Virus record (IMG/VR): IMGVR_UViG_3300021476_000005
Span: 1-47,637 of that record
Length of the DNA: 47,637 nucleotides
Reading direction: 5' to 3' (one strand)
Source: a virus
Taxonomy: Duplodnaviria > Caudoviricetes
The translations under genes were made by a program, and so were the position numbers. The notes beneath the pieces were generated by a model. That model worked only from the letters and a program-made list of their open reading frames with translations. It was not told where the DNA came from and ran no database searches. Positions 7,538 through 15,484 of the stretch are shown here, one piece after another (position 1 is the first letter of the stretch; the number at the start of each line of letters is the position of its first letter).

Positions 7538-7825
7538 TTACCATTGTTCCTCCTCTCTCAACTCGACATATTGGTCTTGCGTGTCGAACAAGTACCCAAA
7601 CTCCGCTTGCGCTCTGGTCAATGGTTTACGGATTATTTTGAACGGCGATGAGAACCGCCAACGACTTTCAGCCTCGATGTTCCAGCCAGTAGCTTTTGCA
7701 AGTGGACTTTCATCCACGAGATGGCGCTTCCCAACAATCCCATGCTGCCTCAGCAAGGCAGCAATGGCATCCGCATCGGTACAAGCGTTTAGCTGTTTCC
7801 ACGTTAGCTTCTTTGGTCTAGCCAT
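7538..7825 (-). CDS. Early protein, paralog 1 of the TWxxL...PLAxATGW family
   Basis: LTWKQLNACTDADAIAALLRQ...SPLAKATGW...LTRAQAEF...FD; AGGAG RBS. Confidence 0.85.
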   Translation of the reverse strand: MARPKKLTWKQLNACTDADAIAALLRQHGIVGKRHLVDESPLAKATGWNIEAESRWRFSSPFKIIRKPLTRAQAEFGYLFDTQDQYVELREEEQW

Positions 7826-7863
7826 TTCGGTTTCTCCTGTTGGTCGGCTTGCCGACCACCAAC

Positions 7864-7892
7864 ATCATGCAACAAGGCACCAAAATCGTCAA
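7864..7892 (-). promoter_or_regulatory. Sigma70-like early promoter B
   Basis: TTGACG, 17-nt spacer, CATGAT; followed 5 nt later by the hairpin TGGTCGGC-aa-GCCGACCA and AGGAG. Confidence 0.65.
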
Positions 7893-7934
7893 ATTCCGGC
7901 AATTGCGCTTGACTCGCCTGCTACAATTCATGGT

Positions 7935-8306
7935 ATGAAAACGCAATTTTGTTGTCCAGTTTGTGGTGTCGATTGCCAATTTGCCGCATCACTCTCGCGT
8001 CACTGTATTACCCACCGTGGGCTAACATTTCGGGAGACTTTGCGGTTTAAATTGCCCAAAGTCTGCGCCGTGTGTGGCGAAGCCGAGACAGTGCGAAAAC
8101 GAGGACGAAGGGGAGAGAAAAAAGGTACCGGCGAGTCACGGGCGCTTGTAGCCTACATGAAACCCAATGGAGACTTAACGTCACTGTGCCAACGGTGCTG
8201 TTTCACGGTGCGGCGGTTTGAGTTTGAAACCGACGAGCGCTTGGCGGCATGGTTTGAAGCGCTTGTCAAATTCCGTGCAAATGCGGCGATTTTGCCCGAA
8301 AATTGA
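7935..8306 (+). CDS. Zn-finger protein with degenerate endonuclease VII-like domain
   Basis: C2H2-like CPVC...SLSRHCITH, then CAVCG...RALVAY...LCQRC, which has EndoVII-like spacing but lacks the catalytic DH and N. Start approximate (MKTQF). Confidence 0.6.
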   Translation: MKTQFCCPVCGVDCQFAASLSRHCITHRGLTFRETLRFKLPKVCAVCGEAETVRKRGRRGEKKGTGESRALVAYMKPNGDLTSLCQRCCFTVRRFEFETDERLAAWFEALVKFRANAAILPEN

Positions 8307-8332
8307 CACCAACCGGCACCAGTTGCTATCGT
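8303..8332 (+). promoter_or_regulatory. Sigma70-like early promoter C (rightward early operon)
   Basis: TTGACA, 18-nt spacer ending TGC, TATCGT; followed 5 nt later by the hairpin TTGGTCG-gcaaaaa-CGACCAA and GGGAG. Confidence 0.7.
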
Positions 8333-8371
8333 GGCGCTTGGTCGGCAAAAACGACCAAGGGAGCAATGGCA

Positions 8372-8635
8372 ATGAAGAAAATAACTTGGAAAGAGCTAGA
8401 CCGTTGCACTGACGCTGATGCTGTTGCCGAGCTTCTGCGGCAACGGAACATCAAGGGTAAGCTCCACCTTGTGGACCAGTGTCCACTCGCCGTGGCCACG
8501 GGCTGGTGTGTCGGGTATCTGACCCGATACTGTCTAACGCGCAACGGTGTCGTCCGTGAGGAACTAACCGTGGCAGAGACAGAATTTGTCCACCTGCTTG
8601 AAAAAGAGCAGATGTTCAGGGATTTGGTCCAATGA
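8372..8635 (+). CDS. Early protein, paralog 2
   Basis: MKKITWKELDRCTDADAVAELLRQ...CPLAVATGW...LTVAETEF. Confidence 0.85.
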   Translation: MKKITWKELDRCTDADAVAELLRQRNIKGKLHLVDQCPLAVATGWCVGYLTRYCLTRNGVVREELTVAETEFVHLLEKEQMFRDLVQ

Positions 8636-8641
8636 GAGATT

Positions 8642-8839
8642 ATGGAAACTAAGTATGCGGTCGAAATGCGGAATGACAGCGTGGCAATGAATCGACCACG
8701 AGCGGGCAAGAACGGGCCGTGTCACATTAAAGAACGGCACGCTGACCCGTTCGCTTCGGACGATTCTGGATGCCCCTGCTTGCAATTCAGGGCCGAGCAA
8801 GAGAAAGGAAAATCTAGTGGAACAAGTAACTTGGACTGA
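8642..8839 (+). CDS. Hypothetical protein (Cys/His cluster)
   Basis: Fills the operon gap; GPCH...GCPCLQF. Confidence 0.4.
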   Translation: METKYAVEMRNDSVAMNRPRAGKNGPCHIKERHADPFASDDSGCPCLQFRAEQEKGKSSGTSNLD

Positions 8840-9098
8840 GCTTGACAGTCTCAATGGACCGAATGATATTTTCGCACTTCTGAAAGCGCGAGGCATCAAG
8901 GGCAAGAAGGGCATCATACGGGAGTGTCCGCTTGCCAAAGGGACGGGTTGGGACGTCACGTATCTCTGGCGAACACGAAACGGCATCAGCCACGTGCTCA
9001 CGTTGGCTGAAGTATTGTTTGTGTTCTATTTCGACGTGGAAGGCATGTACCCTGAACTGGTCGAACAAGGAGACCGCGATGCGACTAAAAGCCTATAA
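8817..9098 (+). CDS. Early protein, paralog 3
   Basis: VTWTELDSL...GIKG...CPLAKGTGW...LTLAEVLF...FDVEGMYPEL. Confidence 0.85.
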   Translation: MEQVTWTELDSLNGPNDIFALLKARGIKGKKGIIRECPLAKGTGWDVTYLWRTRNGISHVLTLAEVLFVFYFDVEGMYPELVEQGDRDATKSL

Positions 9099-9393
9099 CC
9101 AAGACGACAAATCGATGTTCGTGCTCGTCGATACGAACAAGGCTATCGAGCGCTGGGACGAGCGCTGTGATTTCGATGGTCACAACATGGTGTCGCGGGC
9201 CACAGGCAGCGCATGGGACCACGAGACTCTCTATTGTTCAAGCCGTGGTAAGTACTACGTCGTCGAGGAATCCCAATGGCAAGGGACGTTGCCCTCTGCA
9301 AGGCTCGTGTCGCCACGCGAGGCTGCGGCGTGGCTGGAGCTTATGGAAATCGAGCTTCCAGAAGAGCTTCGACAATTTAGCGAGGTAGAATGA
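9079..9393 (+). CDS. Conserved phage hypothetical protein
   Basis: ATG 9079 with AGGAG RBS; SRATGSAWDHETLY...SQWQG...EAAAWL pattern. Confidence 0.75.
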   Translation: MRLKAYNQDDKSMFVLVDTNKAIERWDERCDFDGHNMVSRATGSAWDHETLYCSSRGKYYVVEESQWQGTLPSARLVSPREAAAWLELMEIELPEELRQFSEVE

Positions 9394-9965
9394 ACGTCAC
9401 CGTTCATAGACTTGTCCGGCTCTGGGAACGAACCACCAGAGCCGAACGAGAGGCTGGCGCAAGCTGGTACGACGCTGCGCATGCTTTCGCGCTGGAGTCT
9501 TCGACAGCGCATAGTCTACCACTAACCCGCGTAGTCGGGATTGTCGCGGCACTGTCGCCCCGCTGTCAATGGGACTTGAACCGCTACGCAACGACAGCGC
9601 TGTTGTGGGGTGCTCCACGAGTTAGTACCATTACCCGAGCACCGTGGACCAAAGCGCTGGCTATTCACGCTGGACGTTGGCCAGGGGCGACAGCGTTTCC
9701 GCTACGAACCTGTCCCAAGACCAACAGCTTCTATCACAACATTCTCGCACCGTCTGACCCGCGTTTCGTGACCATCGACCGTCACGCCGCACGGATTGTG
9801 GGAATTGGGACAGACCATCGGTTTGATTATTGGTCTGTGGCTCAGAGTTACATTGAAGCGGCACGGTACGCCAACGTGCGTCCCAACGTATTTCAAGCGA
9901 CGCTCTGGCTGGTCCAGCGCAACGGTGGACAAATGGAATTGGAACTGAAAAGGAGACAACCATGA
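9390..9965 (+). CDS. DUF7178-like phage protein (helical DNA-glycosylase-like motifs)
   Basis: GASWY...IVAALSPRCQWDLN...KTNSFYHNI...VTIDRHA...QATLW. Confidence 0.7.
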   Translation: MNVTVHRLVRLWERTTRAEREAGASWYDAAHAFALESSTAHSLPLTRVVGIVAALSPRCQWDLNRYATTALLWGAPRVSTITRAPWTKALAIHAGRWPGATAFPLRTCPKTNSFYHNILAPSDPRFVTIDRHAARIVGIGTDHRFDYWSVAQSYIEAARYANVRPNVFQATLWLVQRNGGQMELELKRRQP

Positions 9966-10058
9966 ACGACACCAATCTTCCCACACTGCACAAATCAAAA
10001 CCGGCTGTCTACGGTGCCGAGGAACTTCTGTTCCATTTCAGCTAAAAAGGAGAACCTT

Positions 10059-10148
10059 ATGCACCTTTCACAAGTCGAAACCGCGTGGTTAATTGGCTTT
10101 TTAACTCTCGTCATCGTGGTAGTGACAGTTTTGTCCGCCGTGATGTGA
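10059..10148 (+). CDS. 29-aa single-TM peptide
   Basis: MHLSQVETAWLIGFLTLVIVVVTVLSAVM; AGGAG RBS. Confidence 0.5.
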   Translation: MHLSQVETAWLIGFLTLVIVVVTVLSAVM

Positions 10149-10159
10149 GGAGAACACCA

Positions 10160-10390
10160 ATGAAAAACCCTAACGCTATCTATGCCATCTGCCCCGATGG
10201 GGTTGTACGCACTGCCACCTATCGCGGGACATACTCGCCAACGACGCGAGCGTTTGTCCGCGTGCGTAACGACAAGTCAGGACCGAGGGTTCTCACGGTA
10301 ACGGGACGGGTTAGAATCAGTCTCTCTGGCCTTGCCCCGACTTTCACGCCCGATGCCGGTCTAACCAACAGTGAGGTGTTCGACAAATGA
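10160..10390 (+). CDS. Hypothetical protein
   Basis: ATG 10160 with GAGGAG RBS. Confidence 0.65.
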   Translation: MKNPNAIYAICPDGVVRTATYRGTYSPTTRAFVRVRNDKSGPRVLTVTGRVRISLSGLAPTFTPDAGLTNSEVFDK

Positions 10391-10436
10391 AACCTTTACC
10401 CTCTGAATAATAAACAGGCGCCAGAGGAGAATCTCG

Positions 10437-10715
10437 ATGAATAAACCTATGGTCGAATGGACGATTTTCACTGAATACACCGAACAGACGGGTGATTTAA
10501 TGGCCAATGCTTTCGCTGACAGTGGTGCGACACTGTTATATGGGACTGGTCTGTGGAAAGGTGAAACAGAACTGAGCCTTGTGGTCAAAGTGATCGACGC
10601 GCCCGAAGAGACAATCGAGCGGGCAGTGAACGCGCTTTTGAACAGTGGTCAGAAGGCCGTGTTCGTAACGAAAGCCCAAGTTGCTGGTCAACTGTGGGAA
10701 CGAGAGGAGAACTAG
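10437..10715 (+). CDS. Small PII/ferredoxin-like protein resembling phage SAM lyases or DUF3574
   Basis: GATLLYGTGLWKGETELSLVV...SGQKAVFV fits G-x-[YW]-x-G-x-x-E-x-S...Q-x-x-V; GAGGAG RBS. Confidence 0.55.
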   Translation: MNKPMVEWTIFTEYTEQTGDLMANAFADSGATLLYGTGLWKGETELSLVVKVIDAPEETIERAVNALLNSGQKAVFVTKAQVAGQLWEREEN

Positions 10716-10719
10716 CTTT

Positions 10720-10929
10720 ATGGCACTTGGAATGAAACTTGCCCAACCACAAGTGGTATGGCAAAGTCAAACGTTCAGACTAGTCGCGCACGTCAATCTA
10801 CATAGCCCGAACGACCCTGTGTACACACTAGAGCATCGAGTCAACGATTCTCTCGGAAGTCCATCTTGGGTCCAAGAGGGTTCTTTCCGTGACGGGAGCG
10901 TCCCACTCCGCTTCAGACTGACACGATAG
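10720..10929 (+). CDS. Hypothetical protein
   Basis: ATG 10720 after GAGGAG; LE...DSLGSPSW motif. Confidence 0.6.
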   Translation: MALGMKLAQPQVVWQSQTFRLVAHVNLHSPNDPVYTLEHRVNDSLGSPSWVQEGSFRDGSVPLRFRLTR

Positions 10930-10940
10930 AGGAGAAAACG

Positions 10941-11309
10941 ATGAACAAAGTACCATTTGTCGTAACAGGGTTCCGGCGCCGCGAGGAAGCCGATGCTTAC
11001 GCCAAGGTTCAGCGCGAACGTGGTGTGCAGGCTAATGTGCTCGATGCCCCACTGCGCGTGGTTGAGGTTCGGGGCAGTGGTGAGAACGAGAGCGAGGACG
11101 ATGGTAAGGAAAACCCGCCCCAACCGAACCTTGCCCACGCTGTCGCGGTCGAGGTTGTACACGAAATTGCCATGGAATTTTACAAGGGTCAGCTTGAGTT
11201 TATGTCAGTCTTTCTGAAGAAGTACCCGATGCTGAGCGTTGGCCAAGTCCTCGTCCTATACGAAGTTGGCCTAACCGAAATACAGACCCTCTTGGGCAAG
11301 CGCCAGTGA
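10941..11309 (+). CDS. Hypothetical protein
   Basis: GAGGAG RBS; tightly packed operon. Confidence 0.65.
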   Translation: MNKVPFVVTGFRRREEADAYAKVQRERGVQANVLDAPLRVVEVRGSGENESEDDGKENPPQPNLAHAVAVEVVHEIAMEFYKGQLEFMSVFLKKYPMLSVGQVLVLYEVGLTEIQTLLGKRQ

Positions 11310-11509
11310 ATAGCAATCGCTACAACTGGCGATTTGCACGTATCAGTGACCACGTTTGGTCGCTAGAACGTGGTCACTGGATACAGGTAACGGTCGAAGT
11401 AGTTCGGTCGAAGACAAAGTGTAAAGTCCGCTTGCCAAACGGCAAGCTAGTGGCTCGACCATACGATGGGCTACTGATTCACCTGCCCATTGAGGAGAAA
11501 CGACAATGA
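11306..11509 (+). CDS. Hypothetical protein (SH3/KOW-like beta pattern)
   Basis: GTGA and ATGA coupling to both neighbours. Confidence 0.55.
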   Translation: MNSNRYNWRFARISDHVWSLERGHWIQVTVEVVRSKTKCKVRLPNGKLVARPYDGLLIHLPIEEKRQ

Positions 11510-11793
11510 CAGTTTCGTGGGAAACTCTAGACGCGGCTGAAAGTGTGCAGGAACTTGCCGACATCCTGCGACAAGCACACGTAACCGGCATTGCGGGCGA
11601 CCCTGAGCGCTGTCCACTCGCCGTGGCCACGGGCTGGTATGTCACGGATGCCGAACGTTCCGAAGAACCGAATGAATGTGTCTACGAACCATTAACTGAG
11701 GCTGAAAAGTCCTTTATCAAGGCTTTTGACAATTTGAGCATCCTCGACTTGCTCGATGCGGAAGCGCGCGAGGAAGCGGAGCATAGGGAGTGA
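11506..11793 (+). CDS. Early protein, paralog 4
   Basis: VSWETLDAA...LRQ...CPLAVATGW...LTEAEKSFIKAFD. Confidence 0.85.
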   Translation: MTVSWETLDAAESVQELADILRQAHVTGIAGDPERCPLAVATGWYVTDAERSEEPNECVYEPLTEAEKSFIKAFDNLSILDLLDAEAREEAEHRE

Positions 11794-11996
11794 AAAAGAG
11801 CATGGAAAAACCCATAGAAAAGCCCCAACGGGTGACAGTCGCACATTACAGTGGCAGTGGCGTGGTGTGGAAGCGGGGTTGGGTCATTGGACAGCGGCAC
11901 TACGAGGACAATGGTGAAGCGATTGTGGTAGTGAAACTCGACGATGGGAGCATAGTTGAGAAACTGCCCCGTGACGTCCGGGTTGTCGAGACATAA
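11790..11996 (+). CDS. Hypothetical protein (SH3-like)
   Basis: Coupled start; G-W-V-I-G...AIVVVKLDDG. Confidence 0.6.
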   Translation: MKKSMEKPIEKPQRVTVAHYSGSGVVWKRGWVIGQRHYEDNGEAIVVVKLDDGSIVEKLPRDVRVVET

Positions 11997-12007
11997 GGAG
12001 AGGCACA

Positions 12008-12586
12008 ATGAGAACATCACTGCTGGCCTGGCATTTTTTACAGTCCAATTATCGTACTGTCCAAGGAGAAGAACCACCTTGGATGTTCGGTGAAACACGC
12101 ACTGTCAGGGGGGAAATCCAAATCGGCCAGTCCGGCTACCATTCGGCAACTATCCTGTACGACGCTTTCAGGTTCCAGCCTGGTCCAATAGCCTGCATGG
12201 TGCGCGTCAGTGACCCTGTTACGACAATCGGTACGCTTCACGTGTCAGCTAGCCGGACATTGGTTAAAGCGGCAAATGTCGTTAAACCATTAATGCAATT
12301 TGCCAAACTTTGCTCTGCACGGGCCAAAGCCTATGTGACTGCTTGCGGTGACAATTGTCACATACACCGGCTTATTACGGAGAAGTTAGCCTATCTCGCT
12401 TGCCTTACTGACGGAAATATGGACCAAGTAGCAACATATGTTCACGCGGTATCTACAACGGCTATTCATGCCGCGATTGCTACTGGATTGACTCGTGAAG
12501 TAGAATGGCAACAAGATTGGTTCAATGAGCATATCGCCAAAGAACTTCAAGGGAGCAACTCAAATGGAGCCACTTTACTACCATGA
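12008..12586 (+). CDS. Conserved phage hypothetical protein
   Basis: AGGAG RBS; LAWHFL...SGYHSA...GPIACMVRV pattern. Confidence 0.7.
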   Translation: MRTSLLAWHFLQSNYRTVQGEEPPWMFGETRTVRGEIQIGQSGYHSATILYDAFRFQPGPIACMVRVSDPVTTIGTLHVSASRTLVKAANVVKPLMQFAKLCSARAKAYVTACGDNCHIHRLITEKLAYLACLTDGNMDQVATYVHAVSTTAIHAAIATGLTREVEWQQDWFNEHIAKELQGSNSNGATLLP

Positions 12587-12701
12587 CGTTGCGATTTGGG
12601 CACTGCGGGTACAGGGAGCGTTAGCAACTCCCGACTGGTGGCTGGTCTACATGGACCAATGGATAGGCCAGATGTTCTTGCACGCCTATCACACTGTGTA
12701 A
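12564..12701 (+). CDS. 45-aa hypothetical protein
   Basis: GGGAG RBS; MEPLYYHDVAIWALRV...; below the ORF-track cutoff. Confidence 0.4.
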   Translation: MEPLYYHDVAIWALRVQGALATPDWWLVYMDQWIGQMFLHAYHTV

Positions 12702-12717
12702 GAGAGGGAAAACAACG

Positions 12718-12897
12718 ATGATGTTTCTTAATGTTCACTTCAGGGATGAAACTCAAGTACCTCTGAAGATACTGAACGTTCGTGGTTTCAACTTCAACGA
12801 AAGTGAGGTAACATTCCGGTTAGGTTATCCGTCATGGCTGCCGTATTTTACAGTTTCACTTAACGCTATAAACTGGATTGAGGTAGTTGACAACTAA
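12718..12897 (+). CDS. 59-aa hypothetical protein
   Basis: GAGGG RBS; TAATG overlap with the nuclease gene. Confidence 0.5.
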   Translation: MMFLNVHFRDETQVPLKILNVRGFNFNESEVTFRLGYPSWLPYFTVSLNAINWIEVVDN

Positions 12898-14006
12898 TGA
12901 AAGTCCTAGCCCTCGACAATAGTTTGCTCAAGACCATCGCCGCGTGCTCGACGCAAGCGGTCGCGACCGCGTTGCGGTACGGGGAAGTTCACCCCAGTGG
13001 AGCACTGGAGGCAGGGACTTTGTTGCACGCGGTAGTTGCGCGACACTTGTGTGGGGTGGAGGTGGGTGAGAACCTCGGCACCCTGGCCAGTGAATGGGCC
13101 GACTTGCGGCAGTTGGGCGGGTGGTTGTTTTCAGACGACCACGTTGGAGTTGATTCTCCCCACCCCGACCGCAAGCCCCAGTACCGGCTAGACAATCTCA
13201 CTGCGATAGCGACTGCCTGGCTCGCCAAACACCCGCAACCAGACCCGTTTCCGAACCTCGCCGTGCCACCCGAGTGGGTAGAGATAGCATTTCAGCTCCC
13301 GCTGGAGCGGATTGAGGTCAACGGCGAGAGTTACCTCGTCGTGATAGTAGGTCAAATTGACGCCGTAGGCGAGGAAGGGAACTGCAACGACCTGTGGACG
13401 GTCGAGACCAAGACTACCGGTAGCATCGTGGGTTGGTGGGAGTTGAAGTTTCGTAGCGACACCCAGAACACCACGTACCAGTGGGCAGCAGAAGAGACCC
13501 TTGGACGCGAGGTCATTGGAACGTTCGTCAACGCAATCGAGACTAAAGACCTTCCCACGAGCGAGCGGACGTGTGCAATCCATACCTATGACCAGCTTCC
13601 ACCTGACCATATTCGGCTCAATCAACGTTCGACGACTCGGCCCCTTTACAGCGAGTGTGGCCTGTTGCTCCATCCGGTGTCGAAGTTCTTTGCCTTGCAT
13701 CGGGACCCGCAGCTTGTGGTCGATTGGAAAAAAGACGCGCTTGCGCTCGCGACAAAATTCGTGGAACTTGACAAATTTGTTCGTCGTGGTATTGTCGGGG
13801 CGACCAAAACGCGGACCGAAGGCCGGTTCATCGACGCCTGCACGTTTTGCCCCATCGAAGGCTGGTGCATCGGAGCGGCCCGCAAGTTGTCGTTCATTGA
13901 GTACAAACTCGCACGTCGGCCCGAGCGACCGAATGTCAAAGTAGGGATTTTCAACTCTGAAGAGGAGTTTTTCGACAATGGAAAGAGAGCGCTTGATGGA
14001 GTATAA
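12897..14006 (+). CDS. PD-(D/E)XK nuclease (RecB/Cas4-like phage exonuclease)
   Basis: GTLLHAVV, VEIAF, GQIDAV, VETKTTG, QNTTY and C-terminal CTFCPIEGWC. Confidence 0.85.
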   Translation: MKVLALDNSLLKTIAACSTQAVATALRYGEVHPSGALEAGTLLHAVVARHLCGVEVGENLGTLASEWADLRQLGGWLFSDDHVGVDSPHPDRKPQYRLDNLTAIATAWLAKHPQPDPFPNLAVPPEWVEIAFQLPLERIEVNGESYLVVIVGQIDAVGEEGNCNDLWTVETKTTGSIVGWWELKFRSDTQNTTYQWAAEETLGREVIGTFVNAIETKDLPTSERTCAIHTYDQLPPDHIRLNQRSTTRPLYSECGLLLHPVSKFFALHRDPQLVVDWKKDALALATKFVELDKFVRRGIVGATKTRTEGRFIDACTFCPIEGWCIGAARKLSFIEYKLARRPERPNVKVGIFNSEEEFFDNGKRALDGV

Positions 14007-14196
14007 ACTAGGCTGGCCCGAGCTGGATTGGGTTTGTTCTTCTTGCCAGCACAAATGGCAAGGTTACTGGATTGATTCGGCCTGTCCACGTTGTGGGCAG
14101 TGTAACGAACCGATACGGCACTGTCCAGCATTCTGTTTCGGGATACATCACAGGGACAGTGGCAAAAAGACGAAATTAACCGACCCATTAGTTTAG
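13996..14196 (+). CDS. Small Zn-ribbon protein
   Basis: CSSCQHKW...CPRCG...CPAFC. Confidence 0.55.
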   Translation: MEYKLGWPELDWVCSSCQHKWQGYWIDSACPRCGQCNEPIRHCPAFCFGIHHRDSGKKTKLTDPLV

Positions 14197-14209
14197 GAGC
14201 TAAAGCAAA

Positions 14210-14578
14210 ATGAAAGAGTTAGTCGGACACACACTCACAGGATATAAGCTTGACAGCAGCCGCGACATGCTGACCTTTCACACAACCAAAGGTGATATCG
14301 TCTACACGACAGAAGGCGATTGCTGTTCCCAGAGTTGGTTTGAGTCGATAGACCCCGCAGAGTTGGACGCTGATGAGCTGAAAAAGGCCCAGGTCAAAGC
14401 GGTCGAGGAAATCGAACTCGCTGAAGTAGCGGATGTTCGTGACAAGAGCCTGATACTCTACGGGATTTTAATCAAATGCGAATTTGGCAACATCCTCGTC
14501 GAATTTCGCAACGCCTCGAACGGCTATTATGGGGGGTGGTGTAAGCTCGTGCGGGACGAGACAAAGAGGAGCACGTGA
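14210..14578 (+). CDS. Conserved phage protein (GDCCS...SNGYYGG motif)
   Basis: Motifs visible directly; AGGAG RBS. Confidence 0.75.
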   Translation: MKELVGHTLTGYKLDSSRDMLTFHTTKGDIVYTTEGDCCSQSWFESIDPAELDADELKKAQVKAVEEIELAEVADVRDKSLILYGILIKCEFGNILVEFRNASNGYYGGWCKLVRDETKRST

Positions 14579-15481
14579 ATGGCAAACCCGAAGTCAATGG
14601 TAAAGACTGTTCGCGCCGTGGTCTACGGGGCACAAGGCGCGGGCAAGAGCTGGTTCGCCGCGACGTTTGCAGCGGCTTGCAACCACGGCATTACCAACGG
14701 CCCGTTGTTAGTGTCACTGTTTGACCCGCGCGGCAAAGACAGCAGCTATTTTGACCCAATAATCTATGGAGCTTCGCACAAGTCAATGGAATTGGTCAGC
14801 GGGGAGCTAGACCTAGGACTGACGACTCATGGGGTCAAACTGGCAATTCCCTACACCGAAGTCATGATAGGGGGAAAGCTAGTCTGCCGTGTCGAATACA
14901 TGCACGAGGAAGAGCTGGTCTTCGGTGACAGTGACGTTGGTGCTAAGCTTGACCAGGTAATTACCGGTTGGACTGTTCTCCCCAAGTTTCGCAAGCGGTT
15001 GAACCGGCTGTTTCGGGACGAGCGGGACAGTTGGGGAACCTACTGTTTCGACTCCGCGACCAGCGCGGAGCTGATGTTCCGCATGTACCACAAGTATGTC
15101 CAGAACCCTGGTGCTACCGGCATTGGGCGCCAGCAATGGTGGAGTGGCAGCACCGATGAGCTGGAGATGAACTTGGCCATTCGCCTCGCGAGCTGGCCCC
15201 ACAACGTTATTGTCATCTGTCACACTGACAAGGACAAAGTAGCGGGTGAGAGCGGCTCGGTGGTCTCGCGCTACACCCCACGGCTGCCAGGACGGCTTGC
15301 CGGTGACATCTCAACCTATTACGCGGAGCTGTACCATGCTTGCGCCGACACCGATGCTGACGGTGAGACTTCATACTACCTGCAAACTCGGCCCAACGCA
15401 CTGTTCAGCGCGTTCTCGAACTCGCTCCACGCACCAAACCCCTGCGAGAACGATTATGCAGCTCTATGGGGAGGGGAATAG
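14579..15481 (+). CDS. AAA_24/Sak4-like ATPase (recombinase-annealase)
   Basis: YGAQGAGKS Walker A, CFDSAT Walker B, VIVICH, P-x-L-P-G; sits between the exonuclease and the SSB-like gene. Confidence 0.8.
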   Translation: MANPKSMVKTVRAVVYGAQGAGKSWFAATFAAACNHGITNGPLLVSLFDPRGKDSSYFDPIIYGASHKSMELVSGELDLGLTTHGVKLAIPYTEVMIGGKLVCRVEYMHEEELVFGDSDVGAKLDQVITGWTVLPKFRKRLNRLFRDERDSWGTYCFDSATSAELMFRMYHKYVQNPGATGIGRQQWWSGSTDELEMNLAIRLASWPHNVIVICHTDKDKVAGESGSVVSRYTPRLPGRLAGDISTYYAELYHACADTDADGETSYYLQTRPNALFSAFSNSLHAPNPCENDYAALWGGE

Positions 15482-15484
15482 CTC

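Noticed and set aside
7111-7934. Upstream extensions of ORFs 6703..7401 and 7446..8306
   Set aside because: They run through promoters, a terminator and an opposite-strand gene. Internal ATG starts fit better.
12897-14006. Cas4 or CRISPR-Cas system
   Set aside because: No repeat-spacer array or other cas genes were seen. The context (Sak4-like ATPase, SSB) indicates a phage recombination nuclease.
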